Origin: Octopus bimaculoides
Lineage: Eukaryota
Reading direction: 5' to 3'
DNA: 64,000 bases
Assembly: GCF_001194135.2 (NCBI RefSeq)
Contig: NC_068994.1
Span: forward strand, 36,246,985-36,310,984
Both the position numbers and the translations under genes were made by a program. This document shows, in pieces, positions 40,082 to 54,134 of the stretch (position 1 is the first letter of the stretch; the number at the start of each line of letters is the position of its first letter). The notes below the pieces were generated by a model. That model saw nothing but the letters and a program-made list of their open reading frames with translations. It ran no database searches and was not told where the DNA came from.

Positions 40082-41159
40082 GTGTGTATGTGTATATATA
40101 AATGGACATACATACATTCATATACATAAATACACACACATATTACTATATACATAGGGTCCCCATGAATCACAACTTCTCTCTTCTATACTACTACTTC
40201 TATGTACTTAAGTTTATGGAAATGACTGCATTTCATTTTTGCAAATCTGTGATAACCCCACTGCTTCAATGACGTCTTTCATTTGTCTTTAAGACATATG
40301 AGCTATATGAAGACAATAACAAACTACCATGCAGCACTTCAACAAGGGATGTAATCACTTGGAATAGGGGCAGAGAACTGTAACTAGTCTAGCTTATACC
40401 TGAAAGTACACAAGTGGTGGTTATTCATTTTTACAATAGTGTGGAAATATCCAACCACCACAATAAGATTGTTTGTTTCTTAGTACAATGTCTTTCTTGC
40501 CAGGCACAGATACTTACTAGATTCACACATGTGGGTGTGACAAATAATTAGAGATTGGAACTGAAGCGGACACAGTGAGAAAGAGCTATGAGCACATTGG
40601 ACCTATTCTCCATTCTAAGATAAAGTCAAGACAGCTGAGAATGTATGAGAATGCAAAAGAGTGCCAAAGTAAGCAGTACCATCTAACTTGATATGTGTCC
40701 AGGCTATAAAACCACATTCTAGATGTGCCCAGCAGGATAGTATGTTGCCATCAGTACCACTTTGCCCCCACTGGCCTGCTGCCACAGACTTTGAAGATGT
40801 GGAGATGGAACTTATGTGCTTCTTTCTTCCTTGCCTCATTTGAATGAAATGAAAACATGCCACAAATCATACACACATAAAAACATATTTAGTATGCATA
40901 TATATGCATTATTGGATGGCAACTGACTTTCCTGTGTCCCTCTGTCCATATACAGGTCTTGTTTTTCAATCTGCAAGGTATCCAAAATTACCCTCCTTAC
41001 TGACCAAACTTGGTGGGGTTACTAATTTCATCACCGATAACCCAGCTATGTAGTAGGTTGTACTAGATTATAAGTTACCAATAATGCTCTCAAGCAACTG
41101 GTATCATTTTTTAACACTCATTTCTCCATTAACTGTCTAGCTGCAATACTATTAGCTTT

Positions 41160-41196
<37 letters not shown>

Positions 41197-42459
41197 TGTA
41201 AATGATACTATTTATTTCCCTACTGCTGTTGTTTCACACCTCTTCCTCCTTCCTGACCTACTCTTATTGCCTTCACTTCCCCTCCTCTAGATTGATTATT
41301 TACTGTACCCACCTCAATCCCCATCTCTAATCATCAGTCACACACTTTTCACACCAGTGCATTTATCTACCCACCCACTTTTATTTTTCCTTTGTCCCTA
41401 ATCTCTCTCTCATATTTATTATGTACCTTGAGAGTATGCACCCCCTCTCTCTTTCTCTCTCCAGCTGGGGAAGCTATGCATTCAGCAAGACTGTCCCTCT
41501 AACATACTCTGACATGCTTCAATACAATACTTCACTCACTGAAGAGATCCTGTCTTGCATGTACTTGGCAAACTCACTAGTGTTGGTGACTCTGTAAAGT
41601 GGTAGCATTGTGAAGGGCATAGGAAAAGCTGTAGAAACTATGCCAAGTGGACATTGGTGCTCAGCACTGTCCTCTCACTCGTCACTTCTGATTGAACCAT
41701 GAGACCTTTCAGCCCATGCAAGCATGGAAAAATGGACTTTCGATGATGATAATAATAATAATAATAATAATATATATATATATGTATGTATATNNNNNNN
41801 NNNNNNNNNNNNNNNNNNNNNNNNNNNNNNNNNNNNNNNNNNNNNNNNNNNNNNNNNNNNNNNNNNNNNNNNNNNNNNNNNNNNNNNNNNNNNNNNNNNN
41901 NNNNNNNNNNNNNNNNNNNNNNNNNNNNNNNNNNNNNNNNNNNNNNNNNNNNNNNNNNNNNNNNNNNNNNNNNNNNNNNNNNNNNNNNNNNNNNNNNNNN
42001 NNNNNNNNNNNNNNNNNNNNNNNNNNNNNNNNNNNNNNNNNNNNNNNNNNNNNNNNNNNNNNNNNNNNNNNNNNNNNNNNNNNNNNNNNNNNNNNNNNNN
42101 NNNNNNNNNNNNNNNNNNNNNNNNNNNNNNNNNNNNNNNNNNNNNNNNNNNNNNNNNNNNNNNNNNNNNNNNNNNNNNNNNNNNNNNNNNNNNNNNNNNN
42201 NNNNNNNNNNNNNNNNNNNNNNNNNNNNNNNNNNNNNNNNNNNNNNNNNNNNNNNNNNNNNNNNNNNNNNNNNNNNNNNNNNNNNNNNNNNNNNNNNNNN
42301 NNNNNNNNNNNNNNNNNNNNNNNNNNNNNNNNNNNNNNNNNNNNNNNNNNNNNNNNNNNNNNNNNNNNNNNNNAGATGGAGGTGGATCAATACAAATTTG
42401 ATTTGTACAGATCTCTAATCTTGTTTCAACTATATATATATACATATATATGTATAAAC

Positions 42460-42500
<41 letters not shown>

Positions 42501-42814
42501 TACATACATACATACACATTTATCACAGCATCAACCAAACTATCAGCTATTATACACTGTTGATCACAATGCACTTCATTTTGTCTTGAATGCACCATTC
42601 TTTTTCATCTCAACCCAAATTGCTTAACTAAATCATCTTCCCATCATTGTGGAGGCATTCCTGATGGCTATTTTCAATATCTTGAATACCACTTGGCAAG
42701 TGCATGAGCCCACCTGCTGTCTGTAAGTTTTGCAGCATGTCAACCCCAGTGGAGCTTGTGCCTTTGGTACTCTGCAATCACACTGTTCGCTCTGCTCCAT
42801 TTTTGAATTATTTC

Positions 42815-42960
42815 AGGAAGGGCATCCAGCTGTAGAAACTCTGCCAGAACAGACTGGAGTCTAGTGTAGCCTTCCAGTTCGCCAGTCCCCAGTCAAATCG
42901 TCCAACCCATGCTAGTATGGAAAGCGGACGTTAAATGATGATGATGATGATGATGATGAT
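42815..42960 (+). mobile_element. Short RTE-tail copy ending in (GAT)n
   Basis: Reverse complement of the 32048-type sequence. Confidence 0.8.
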
Positions 42961-43065
42961 ATATATGTGCCTGGGGTAGTCTTCTACCTGACTGGCTCCT
43001 CTCAACCATCCTACCCATGCATACATGGAAGACAAGCGTTAAATAATGATGATAGTATGCATATA

Positions 43066-43097
<32 letters not shown>

Positions 43098-43541
43098 ACA
43101 CTGTGCGCATGTGTGTCTAAGTATATACACATACATGCACACATACAAACATACGTACATGTGTATTTTATACACACTGCACACACACTTAAGCATTGAA
43201 ATATGTGTACACACAGATATATATAACATAGCTTTATTCAACGTACAATTATAAATTTTCCATTCCAGATATTTAATACCTATTACTCCAAAGTCATTAA
43301 CATGCCCTGCTTACTGTTTATCTACACTCTGAGAATAATCTGGCCTCTTAATACTTAAAAAAGTAATATTCATTAAAAAAATGACAAATTTTTTTATAGG
43401 TAGTTATATGGACATTTTTTTACTTTGTATTTTCCAAGGAAAATAAAACCAATCTCAAATGTTTTTCCTTTCTTTCCTCTTCTCTCTCCTTTCAGTTTCT
43501 TTCTCTCTTCTCTTTATCACATATTACCATCTCTGTGTTTT

Positions 43542-43584
<43 letters not shown>

Positions 43585-43612
43585 GTTTGTCTGTCTTATA
43601 CTCTCATCTCTT

Positions 43613-43655
<43 letters not shown>

Positions 43656-44256
43656 ATATTACACATTTTAATTAAAAATAATTTTAAATGTTTATATTTG
43701 ATGAGTTTTTTTTTCATTCTCAAAACTTATTTTATATCATAAAACAAACAAAATAACAAAAAAGAAAAAGAAAGAAAAGGCCTCAATTATGGAATGTTCT
43801 TCACACTGCAGAAATTGCTTCCCTAATGTGTTCATTACAAAAGCTGATAGTGAATAACTTTCAGTTGTGGTTAGAAAACTGCGGAAGAGAGATTTTTTTC
43901 TACAACGAAAATCAATAGTCCATTTCATTTATTGTTTCTAATTCATTTACTGTTTCTAATAGTTAAACCTATGATTGAGTGGAAGTAATATTCTGACCAT
44001 TTTGTAATAATTCTCTCTTTTTCTGAGAGAACCATGCATATAGTTTATTATTTTATTCGCTGAAAATTAAGAAATCTCATAAATTTCTGAGAGTAAGAGT
44101 GTAAGGGAGAGAACATGTGCAGGTAAATGTTTGAAAGTGCTACAAGTACATGTGTGTGTGTGTGTGTGTGCATTGGTATATACCATTTCATACATAAATA
44201 TTAATATGTATATTCTTATATATAATATGTATAGATAGATCTTAGAGTGTGTGTGC

Positions 44257-44306
<50 letters not shown>

Positions 44307-45837
44307 NNNNNNNNNNNNNNNNNNNNNNNNNNNNNNNNNNNNNNNNNNNNNNNNNNNNNNNNNNNNNNNNNNNNNNNNNNNNNNNNNNNNNNNNATGTGT
44401 GTGTGTGTGTGTGTGTATGTGTGTGTGTGTGTGTGTGTGCATTTGTGAGTGCATGTGCATACATCTTAGTTTTCATAGGTGGCGTCTCCTAGCAGATAGT
44501 TAATAGAGGGGAGATAATTATTTCTTCATAATTGTCAGGATGAGAAGTTTGAATTTGAGGGAGAAAAAAATGAACAGAATACAGATATTTAATTCAGTGT
44601 TTCTTTTTTTCATCATTACTATTTACAAAGTTATGGGGATCACATTCCTTGAACTTCAAGTAATGGAAAGCTAAATTGATGCTTCATCACACATGAACCT
44701 ACACAGATATATATATCTTTTACCTTCAGTCACAAGCTACATCTTTTCCCTTTGTCTTTTATTTCTCCTCTCATTTTTAGCATTATTCTTGCTTCTGTTT
44801 TCTCCCCAAACCAATTTTACCTCCTCCTTTTTTAATGTAATTTATTTTTAATTTATTCATTTATTTATTTATTATTTTTGTCTGTGATACTGAGTTACCA
44901 TTATGGTAATTTTTATTTCTTAATTCTTATTTCCATTTTAATTCTATTTTAATCAATTGTAACAGTTTATTTCTGATAAGGTCTTTCTAATTATGTATAT
45001 CTTTCACACCAGTTTCTATGAATTTTTCACTATCCAGTTTCTTGATTTTTAATTTCTATGTGACTCACCTTCATGTCTATATATTTTTCTGTGATGGTCA
45101 ATCACCTCTTTCCAATAGATTCATGTTGTTTCCAAAAGTAGCTGCCCAATCAGCTTTAAATATTTATTCAATGAGTTGATGGTCATGAATATTTATAAAC
45201 ACTTGTTAACTATTGTATTGTTTTGAATAATCATGACTGTCTAGTGAATGGTTACACAAAACTCTGAGTAACAGTTTATGAAATCGTTTTAGCTTCAGTA
45301 AAATAATGTATGTGCATGTGTGTGTGTGTGTGTGTGTGTNNNNNNNNNNNNNNNNNNNNNNNNNNNNNNNNNNNNNNNNNNNNNNNNNNNNNNNNNNNNN
45401 NNNNNNNNNNNNNNNNNNNNNNNNNNNNNNNNNNNNNNNNNNNNNNNNNNNNNNNNNNNNNNNNNNNNNNNNNNNNNNNNNNNNNNNNNNNNNNNNNNNN
45501 NNNNNNNNNNNNNNNNNNNNNNNNNNNNNNNNNNNNNNNNNNNNNNNNNNNNNNNNNNNNNNNNNNNNNNNNNNNNNNNNNNNNNNNNNNNNNNNNNNNN
45601 NNNNNNNNNNNNNGAGTATATAACGAATGATAGAAAAGTGGATAATACAAAAAACTTTATTGCTCACATTTCGACACACCCTGCATCGATCACTCGTGGA
45701 TGGGATATTGTACAAGTGGTTGTGGTGCACCCCTTGGTACAGACATATCTCCTCAGGTGATAGTATCTTGTTAAATTAACTCTGTTTCAATCGATTTTAG
45801 TGGCAGTATGTTTAAACTGTTAGGCAGGAATGGTGAG

Positions 45838-47993
45838 CATTATTTACATTTGATGGATATTTGTCCTCATCTTGTTTGTTGTTAACACAATGTTTCGGCT
45901 GATATATCCTCCAGCCTTCATCAGGTATTTGGGGAAATTTCGAACCTCAGTTCTCATTCCTAAGGTATTTTTTAATGTTATTATTATTATTATTATTATT
46001 GTTCAGGTCATTGCATGGAATCAAACTCAGAATCTTGGGGTTAGTAGCCCGCACTCTTAACCATTACGCCATATGCCCGTGCAATTATGGAGTGAATTTT
46101 AGGGTTATAAATCTAATATTTTTCTATCCTTCCTTAATACCGGTTCCCATAAACTGCTACTATCTGCACTTGGTCTGCTTAGGAGGTTGTTGTGTCCTAG
46201 CATATGTGCTGCTTCTTTTAGTTTTCATATTTTCCAATGGTGTTCTCTGTCTATTATTTTAACTTCATCCCACAGGGGGAGGTGGTCTCCATTTTGCCAT
46301 ACATGATCAGCTAAACCCGATTTATCAATATCTCCTCGTGTCACAGCTTTGCAATGTTTGTCTTATTTTGATTGGGTGGCATGTTTCACCTTTCTATAAC
46401 TTACCACAGCTGCATGGGATGGAGTACATGCAGTCTTTGGTCATATTCTCTTCTATTAGTGAAGGAGATATTTGCGAAGTGCTGTATTACTCTTGAATAC
46501 TGTCCTGATGTCATATGGGCTGCATTTCTTTTGTATCTTTTCGGAGAGGCCTTTCACATAGGGTAGACAAACTGTGGACAGTTTATTGGCCTCATCCTCT
46601 CTCTTCTTCATAATTGGAGTGGATAGTATACTTTTGGGGTAGTTATTGCTTAACAGATTATTAGCGAGATTGATCATTTCTTCATTGTGTGTATCACGAT
46701 CGCTACATATATTCTTTCCATGATGTTTTAGGCACTGAGCAATCCCTCTCTTTACACTGTATGGATGGTGGGAATTGAAGTTGAGGTATCATCCAGTAAA
46801 GGTTGGCTTGTGGTATACGGATGTTCTGAATCCACACTTGGTGTGTGTTATTAATAAGTCCCGGAAAAAATAGAAAAAAGAAAGACAATCAGCTGGCATT
46901 CCTGAACGCATTAATAACATGCACCAAGTATGGATTCAGGACATCTGTATACCACAAGCCGACCTTTACTGGACAATACCTCAACTTCAATTCCCACCAT
47001 CCATACAGTGTAAAGAGAGGATTGCTCAGTGCTAAAACATCATGCAAATAATACAAGTAGCGATGGTAATAGACACTACGAAGAAATGATCAAGCTCAAT
47101 AACGATCTGTTAAGCAACAACTACCCTGAAAGTATACTATCTGCTCTAATTATGAAGAAGAGAGAGGATGAGGTCGATAGACTCTCTACTGTCTGTCTAC
47201 CCTATGTGAAAGGCCTCTCCGAAAAGATACAAAAGATATGCAGCCCATATGACATCAGGACAGTATTCAAGAGTAATACAACACTTCACAAATATCTCCT
47301 TCGAGTAAACCCACCAATAGAAGAGATTACGACCAAAGACTGCGTGTACTCCATCCCATGCAGCTGTGGTAGGTTATACAAAGGCGAAACATGTCGCCCC
47401 CTCAAAATAAGGGTAGACAAACATCACAAAGCTGTGACACGATAAATCGAGTATAGTTGATCATGTATGGAAAAATGGAGACCACCTCCCCCTGTGGGAT
47501 GAAGTTAAAATAATAGACAGAGAACACCACTGGAAAATATGAAAACAAAAAGCAGCAGCACATATGCTAGGACACAACTTCCTAAGCAGACCGAGTGCAG
47601 ATATGAGCAGTTTATGGGAACCGGTATTAAGGAAGGATAGAAAAACATTAGATTTATAAGCCCTAAAATTCACTCCATAATTGCCCATGGGCATATGGCA
47701 TAGTGGTTAAGAGCACAGGAAAAATGGAGACCATCTCCCCCTGTGGGATGAAGTTAAAATAATAGACAGAGCACAGGCTACTAACCCTAAGATTCCGAGT
47801 TCGATTCCAAGCATAATAATAATAATTCTGTGTAGTCAACAATATCAAAAACAAATGAATACCTTAAGAATGAGAACCCAGGTTCGAAATTTCCCCAAAC
47901 ACCTGATGAAGGCTGGAAGGTATATCAACAAACAAGATGAGGACAAATATCCGTCAAATGCACATAATTCCTCATCTCTTAAATATAGAACTG
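45838..47993. mobile_element. Palindromic Penelope-like element, family A (two 5'-truncated copies head-to-head)
   Basis: Right arm encodes LAFLNALI..TSVYHKPTFTGQYLNFNSHHP (RT thumb) and CVYSIPCSCGRLYKGETCRPLKIRV (GIY-YIG; ORF 47029-47445). Left arm 45838-about 46856 is its reverse complement. 12-bp TSD aggaatggtgag at 45826-37 and 47994-48005. Confidence 0.92.
45884..45929 (-). ncRNA. Minimal hammerhead motif (family 1)
   Basis: AATAC-CTGATGA-A-GGCTG..CAGCC-GAAA-CA-TT^GTGTT. Core and stem II perfect; CG>CA change in stem III. Confidence 0.6.
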
Positions 47994-48630
47994 AGGAATG
48001 GTGAGGTATGGAGTAATTAAGAAAAATAGGATTTAAAAGAAAACATACAATAAAGTATAAAACATTATTTATGTTAATACCCACATATAATTACTTCCGT
48101 ACCTACTCTAGCTGTCTTGTGTATACACGCACCCTCCCATTCACAGAGTTAAATAACTCCTTGATAAATGATCTGCCATTCTCATATCACATTGTGACAT
48201 TTATATTTAATATTCTTATGTTAATAGTATACTTATAATATATAGTATATATTAAACTCACTTTGCAATCACAAGCTGACTAACGCTTTGTGAGTGAATT
48301 TGAAATATGGAAACTTGGCTACTGCTCAGCAACTGCATGGGTCCATTCGAATTTGGTAGACAGAAACTGTGTGGAAACCTGTAAGATACTTACATCCAGA
48401 CAGATTGATATGTATATTATGTATACATAAGTCTTTGTGTTTGAACCCCCATGTCTACTGTTCGATAATCAATTTTGGTTTGTTTATGTCCCTGCAATTG
48501 TACTGTTTAGGAAAAGAGCCTTTCAAAGAATAAGAAAATAGGAACTGGGATCTGCATAAATTCACTTGGTAGTAGAGTCATAAATTTGTCAACAAGCATC
48601 CATGGTCTAGTCACCCAACTATAAGAACAG

Positions 48631-48661
<31 letters not shown>

Positions 48662-49099
48662 TACACACACACACATACACACACACACATACACACACAC
48701 ACATACACACACACACACACACACATTCACTGAGACACAAACACTCGCAGAAATGTGTGTGTGTGTACATATACTGCTATTTAGAGACATATATACACAC
48801 AAACATACATTCATATATGCTTACATATATAAATATATGTATATATATATATACATATAACAAGCTTCTTTCCAAATACACTCACAAAGCTTTGATCAGG
48901 TCAGGGCTATAGGAGGACGACATTTACCTGCAGTGCCATGCAGTACAACTGAACTTGAGACCACATGGTTGGGAAGGAAGTTTCTTAACCTCACACCAAA
49001 GTTGGCCCAGGTCATTTGTAACTTAGTAACACCACCTGACTGAATTTGTAGAGCAATTTTTAAGTCAAGTTTTGAGGTTCCAAAGCTATTCAAGTAGGG

Positions 49100-49560
49100 A
49101 GTGGTTATTGACAGAGATGCACCCAGGTGTACTTTGTCTGGTATCTTATTGAAGAAATTTGTCCATTTATCATTTGAACGTTATAAGATCTTATACTTCT
49201 TTGATTTGTTTTGGAACAACCTTAAACAAAGTAAAGACAGTGAGGAAAAGTAATTATCTTGCAATGTGGTTATGCATTGTGAGCCTGAATATAGTTTGAA
49301 GTCGCCTTTGGTGAATTGCAAACTCGATATTAAGTTGTTTTGGCAATGCTGGTGGTATATCTTCCACATTATGCAAATGATGTAGTGTTCACAGTAGTAT
49401 TGGAGAGAATAAATTTTCAGTGTTTTAAGATGGACCTAATAATCAAAATCAGTCATGCCATTTATAGTTTTTGTAATTGCTCTTTGAGTGCCTCAATTCT
49501 CATGTTTTCTTTAGTAGAAGGAGACTACATTGGGCTAAAGTATTCTAGGTGTAACTATAC
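49100..49560 (-). mobile_element. Possible decayed CR1-type LINE 3' end
   Basis: LRLFQN..FFNKIPDK resembles RLFN..DKFLxxIPD. Weak. Confidence 0.3.
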
Positions 49561-50158
49561 ATAGGAGAAAAAAGGGAAACCATACAAAGGTAGAGAAAAG
49601 GCAGTGACCACACAAAGGAAGAGAAAAGAAGTCATGTGACTCTCTAGATCAGAAAGTTCTGAGAATCTAGAAGCTTATCTTGTGAGCCGTAGCAACTTTA
49701 CTGCGAGCACCCCAGCTAAGGTTATTGTCAAAGATTACTCTGAAATTTTTGATATTTTGAATACCATGTGTGGTTCCCCTGAGAACCACACAAGTCATCT
49801 ACATGTTTGTTTTGCAATTTTTCCTTTCAGAAGTGCATAAGTTGTCACCTTGAATATATAAGAAACAGTATGGTTTCACTGGTATGGCAAATAGACCCCC
49901 CCTCCACCACCAGCTCAATAAACAACTGTTACATGCAATAGAAGCAATATTAATTTAAAATGGCCATCTATGTACCATACTTAATGTAAATACATTATTG
50001 AAAGCCAATTTAATGCCCTATTCATCCAGAGTAAACATCTCTGAAGACGTACTCTAGTTAAAAACATAATAGATGGTGGAGGGAGTTGAAAATCATCCCA
50101 ACAGTGTCCAGCAAGAACACAAGATGCATTTCAACCTCATTGACTCTTATTACCAAGA

Positions 50159-50194
<36 letters not shown>

Positions 50195-51479
50195 CGCGTG
50201 CGTGTGTGTGTGGGCATGCATGCGTGAGTGCATGTGCGTGTGTTAGCCAAAAGATGTAAATATCAGTGAGAAAACATTTGACTACTGCTTTTGAACAAAA
50301 AACCTTACACATATGCTTCCTCATCTCTCTCAACATCAGAAAAAGCCAAGAACAAGTTACTGGCTCATTGGAAATCTATAATTAATGCCACTAGTCTTCA
50401 AAAACACAATATAAAATAAATTATTAAATGGAGTCATAGACTCATTTTTGAACACTTGAATAGGCTTCCTGTACTACTCATGAATATATATGTAAATATA
50501 TTAGTGTGTACATACATTCCTTGCCTTGGGCTTTCAAACCCTAATGGTGTCTGAGGGGTACCACTGACATACATGTTTAAGGCACTTTTAGAGCTGACCA
50601 AGCCCATCCCTCTTTATATCAAACCACAGCTCATTAATTTTAGATTTGATAAAGAGAAAGACTGAAAGAGAAGAATTGTCCCCCACTACCATCACCATTT
50701 AAAACTTTTATCAGCTGCCTATGCTAAAGATGAAAAATAAGGGTGACCATGCTAGTATTTAAGCCCCGAGCACAGAGAGCCAGAATGAATACTGCAAGGC
50801 AATCTATCTAATGCTGTAACAATAGCCAATTCATTGCCTTACTGATATATAAATACAAGTCTTAGTATGAGTGTCTGTATAAATGTTTGTTTTGATAATT
50901 TCAATCTTAGTTTCTGAAAATATCTCGTGTAGTTTCATTTCCTGGGCTTCTTATTGTGCTTATACTATTTTTATGAAACCTACCTTCTGAAGAAGATTGG
51001 TTCTTATGAAGTAAGTTACATATACAAATCCATGTGTCAGCTTTCTAACAAGAAATAAAGATTGTCAAAATATAATAATGGTGCAAAATGAGCAGCTGTC
51101 AAAATTTACCATATACCTCACTACAAATTTCATACTTGACGACCTAATATGTTAAACTGAGTTAAACTTCTGAAGTTTAATTGAAAAACAAGACTTATAC
51201 TTTAGTCATACACCTTCTTAATCAGGACTGTCTGACCTGCATCTAACCATCAACTTGTGTTTATATATATATAGTGCAATTAGATACATATTGTTTGTCA
51301 GACTATTCCATAATACTGTACGTTAACAGCACTCTCTCTCTCTCTTACTTTCCACTCTATCAACTTCACATTTCTATCAGCTGGTGACCCAGCAAGCTTG
51401 GTCACATACATATATGATATTCCCTTAGTTATTTTTAACTAAAAAGTGTCTAATGTTGATTACAATATCTTTGCTCTTC

Positions 51480-52330
51480 GGGTGTTATTTATATGCAGCC
51501 AAGACACCACTTTCCAGACAAGCATGACTAACATAAACAAAGATCTTCAAAACATCATCTAACAGGAACATGGGAAACTATTCTTATTCAGCACCAAGAT
51601 CCATATTTAAGAAACACAGTAATAAAGCTTCTTTTGAACAAAACACAACGAAACTATTCACGGGCATATGACGTGGTGGTTAAAAGTGCGAGCTACTAAC
51701 CCCAAGATTCCATATTCGATTCCAGGCAGTGACCTGAACAACAACAGCAGCACCAGCAGCAACAGCAACAACAACATCAAAAAATACCAGCGAAATTTCC
51801 AAGACACCTGATGAGTATATCAGCAAAAACATTGTGTTAACAACAAACAAGATAAGGACAAATATCTGTCAAATGTAAAAAATGTACCATTCACTATTAT
51901 TATGAATGACAGGCCTTTTCATCATGACCACAGATTAATAATATAGCCAAAACTGCAACTGATTTACTAGGCTTTCTCTTCAGAGTCAGAAAATTATACA
52001 GATCTGAGCAGTTTCTAATCCTTCTGTATAGCACAAATGTGGCCTACATTAAACTACTGCTCATACATATGTGATGAGTCAGTTCCTATACTCACAATTT
52101 AAATCACATCTACATACAGGCTGTTCAGCTGAGGTAAATTTTCACTCACTTATACACAGCTACTACAAGCATTAGGCCACTAATATGATGCGTTCTCACT
52201 GTTTCTACTACCATTACTGCAACGGTCACTACTCTTCTGGTTTAGAAGGCTGTTTGCTATTATCACCCAAGCTAAACTGATAATCTTATTCTTCTTTGTC
52301 ATTCTTCTTATATTTTATTTCTCAAGCTTC
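51480..52330 (+). mobile_element. Decayed CR1-type LINE C-terminal remnant, interrupted by the short PLE family A copy
   Basis: PQINNIAKTATDLLGFLFRVRKLYRSEQFLILL resembles PHISNIAKSASKKLGFLFRARRYFTPEQLLIL. Confidence 0.6.
51659..51887 (+). mobile_element. Solo short PLE family A 3'-end copy starting at the tRNA-like head
   Basis: cacgggcatatg..gctactaacccc..ttcgattccaggcagtgacctg, then an (AAC/AGC)n linker, a deleted hammerhead and the tail. Confidence 0.85.
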
Positions 52331-53900
52331 AGATTAAACAACAAACCCAACCTTTCACAGAAGAACTACACTCTCTCTTCCTCTTTGTTTGTCTGTTCTC
52401 TCTCTCTCTCTTTCTCTCTCTCTCTTCACAATTTCTATGTATGCATCACCTTATAGAGATCCAGCTTAAATACAAATACATTAATGTCAGCAACTAGGAA
52501 AGTACTGTCCTTCTTTCTTAAAGAAATAAAAAAAGAAATAAAACTATCTGGTGAATTTTCTGTATCTCTATCGCTTTTGTGCATGAATTGTTTCATTGCT
52601 ACTTCTCCATGGATCATAAAGCATATCATTCAAAATAATAATTAATCAGCAGTCAGTTATCCAGGATAGACTACTCTGGTTATGTTGGTATCAAGCTGAA
52701 GTCTTTAGTAAATTAAATCAAGCATGACCTGATACTGGAAATTTTCTTTCAAGGTTATATTTCACTGGTGTTGATGAGGGAGTGCATTTATTGTAATTAT
52801 CTCTTGTGAAATATTTCCCGAGTAGGTCTTTTGCAATCATCAGAACATTAATTCTTTGTTGCATGCAGACATTGATCATGAACACACTATAATGAGTAAT
52901 AGATACATGACCGTAACATTAAAATACAGTCTGAATATGGATACTGATATTATGGCTCTTTGTTTTTATGTGGTGTGGAGATGTTAGTCTATTTCATTGT
53001 TGGTGAGAAAGTTTCTAGTAACAAATAGTGATTTCTAGGTTGATCTAATATCTAATGATATAGCTCAAATGTTAAACATAATGGCACAGCAAGTACATCT
53101 AGATCTAGTAATTTATTGTGTATATGAATGTGTGTGTGTGTATGTATTTATGTGTGTTTATGTGTGTATGTGTATGTGGGTGTGAGTGTGTGTGTGTATG
53201 CATGTGTATATAATGGAAATGGATGTGCTCAGTGTGCCACAAATTTACCATTTTAGTTGTGGCACTTATAAGTAATCATGTTAAACTCTCTCTGCTGTGC
53301 GATCCCATAAGGTCTATGCAGTTTGAATAAGACTACAACATAGTATAAATAGCACATCAAGGATGAAAGAAAAGCATGAACTTGGTATTCCTTTCTATCA
53401 TCTGTTACATATGTTTTCTGTATTTAATGATTAATGATGCCACACTAATGATGCAAATTATAAATGCAGTTTACAGAGCATTTCAACATACTGAACACAT
53501 CTTCAGATGAAGTCAAAATACAGATCACAAACAAGCAACCATCTTGTCTAAATAACCAAGAGATATAAGGCAAGCAGTGTGAAAAGAATGGAGTGTAGGC
53601 TCATCTATAACAAGTGTATATAGTGGAATAGATGATAGGGGATTCTGTTGTGTGTTGGGAGAGTTTTGACGCCATTAATGCAAACCAAATACAAAAGGGA
53701 TATATGATATGGAGTAAATCACCAAAAAGAGCATGGAGAAAAAGGTCAAGTTGTCTGACCTATGCCAGGCACAGACAGGAAGCCTGTTGAGCAGTTAGTC
53801 ATGATATTTAGATAAGTGGGCAAAGAGTGGTATAGGAAAGGTTATAAATGACCATGCCACAAAGGACAGGTACATGTGATATATGCACATACATACATAA

Positions 53901-53946
<46 letters not shown>

Positions 53947-54134
53947 ACACACACACACACACACTCACTCACATGCACACACACTCACACACATACATAT
54001 ATGTCAATACAGAGACAGTCATACACTCATGTACAAAACGAAACACACACTCAAGCAAATATTTTAGTGTACAATGGTACTGATCAGCATGCAGCAAGGG
54101 TGGGTATTTCAGATTGGGCCTTGGGGACCTGTGG

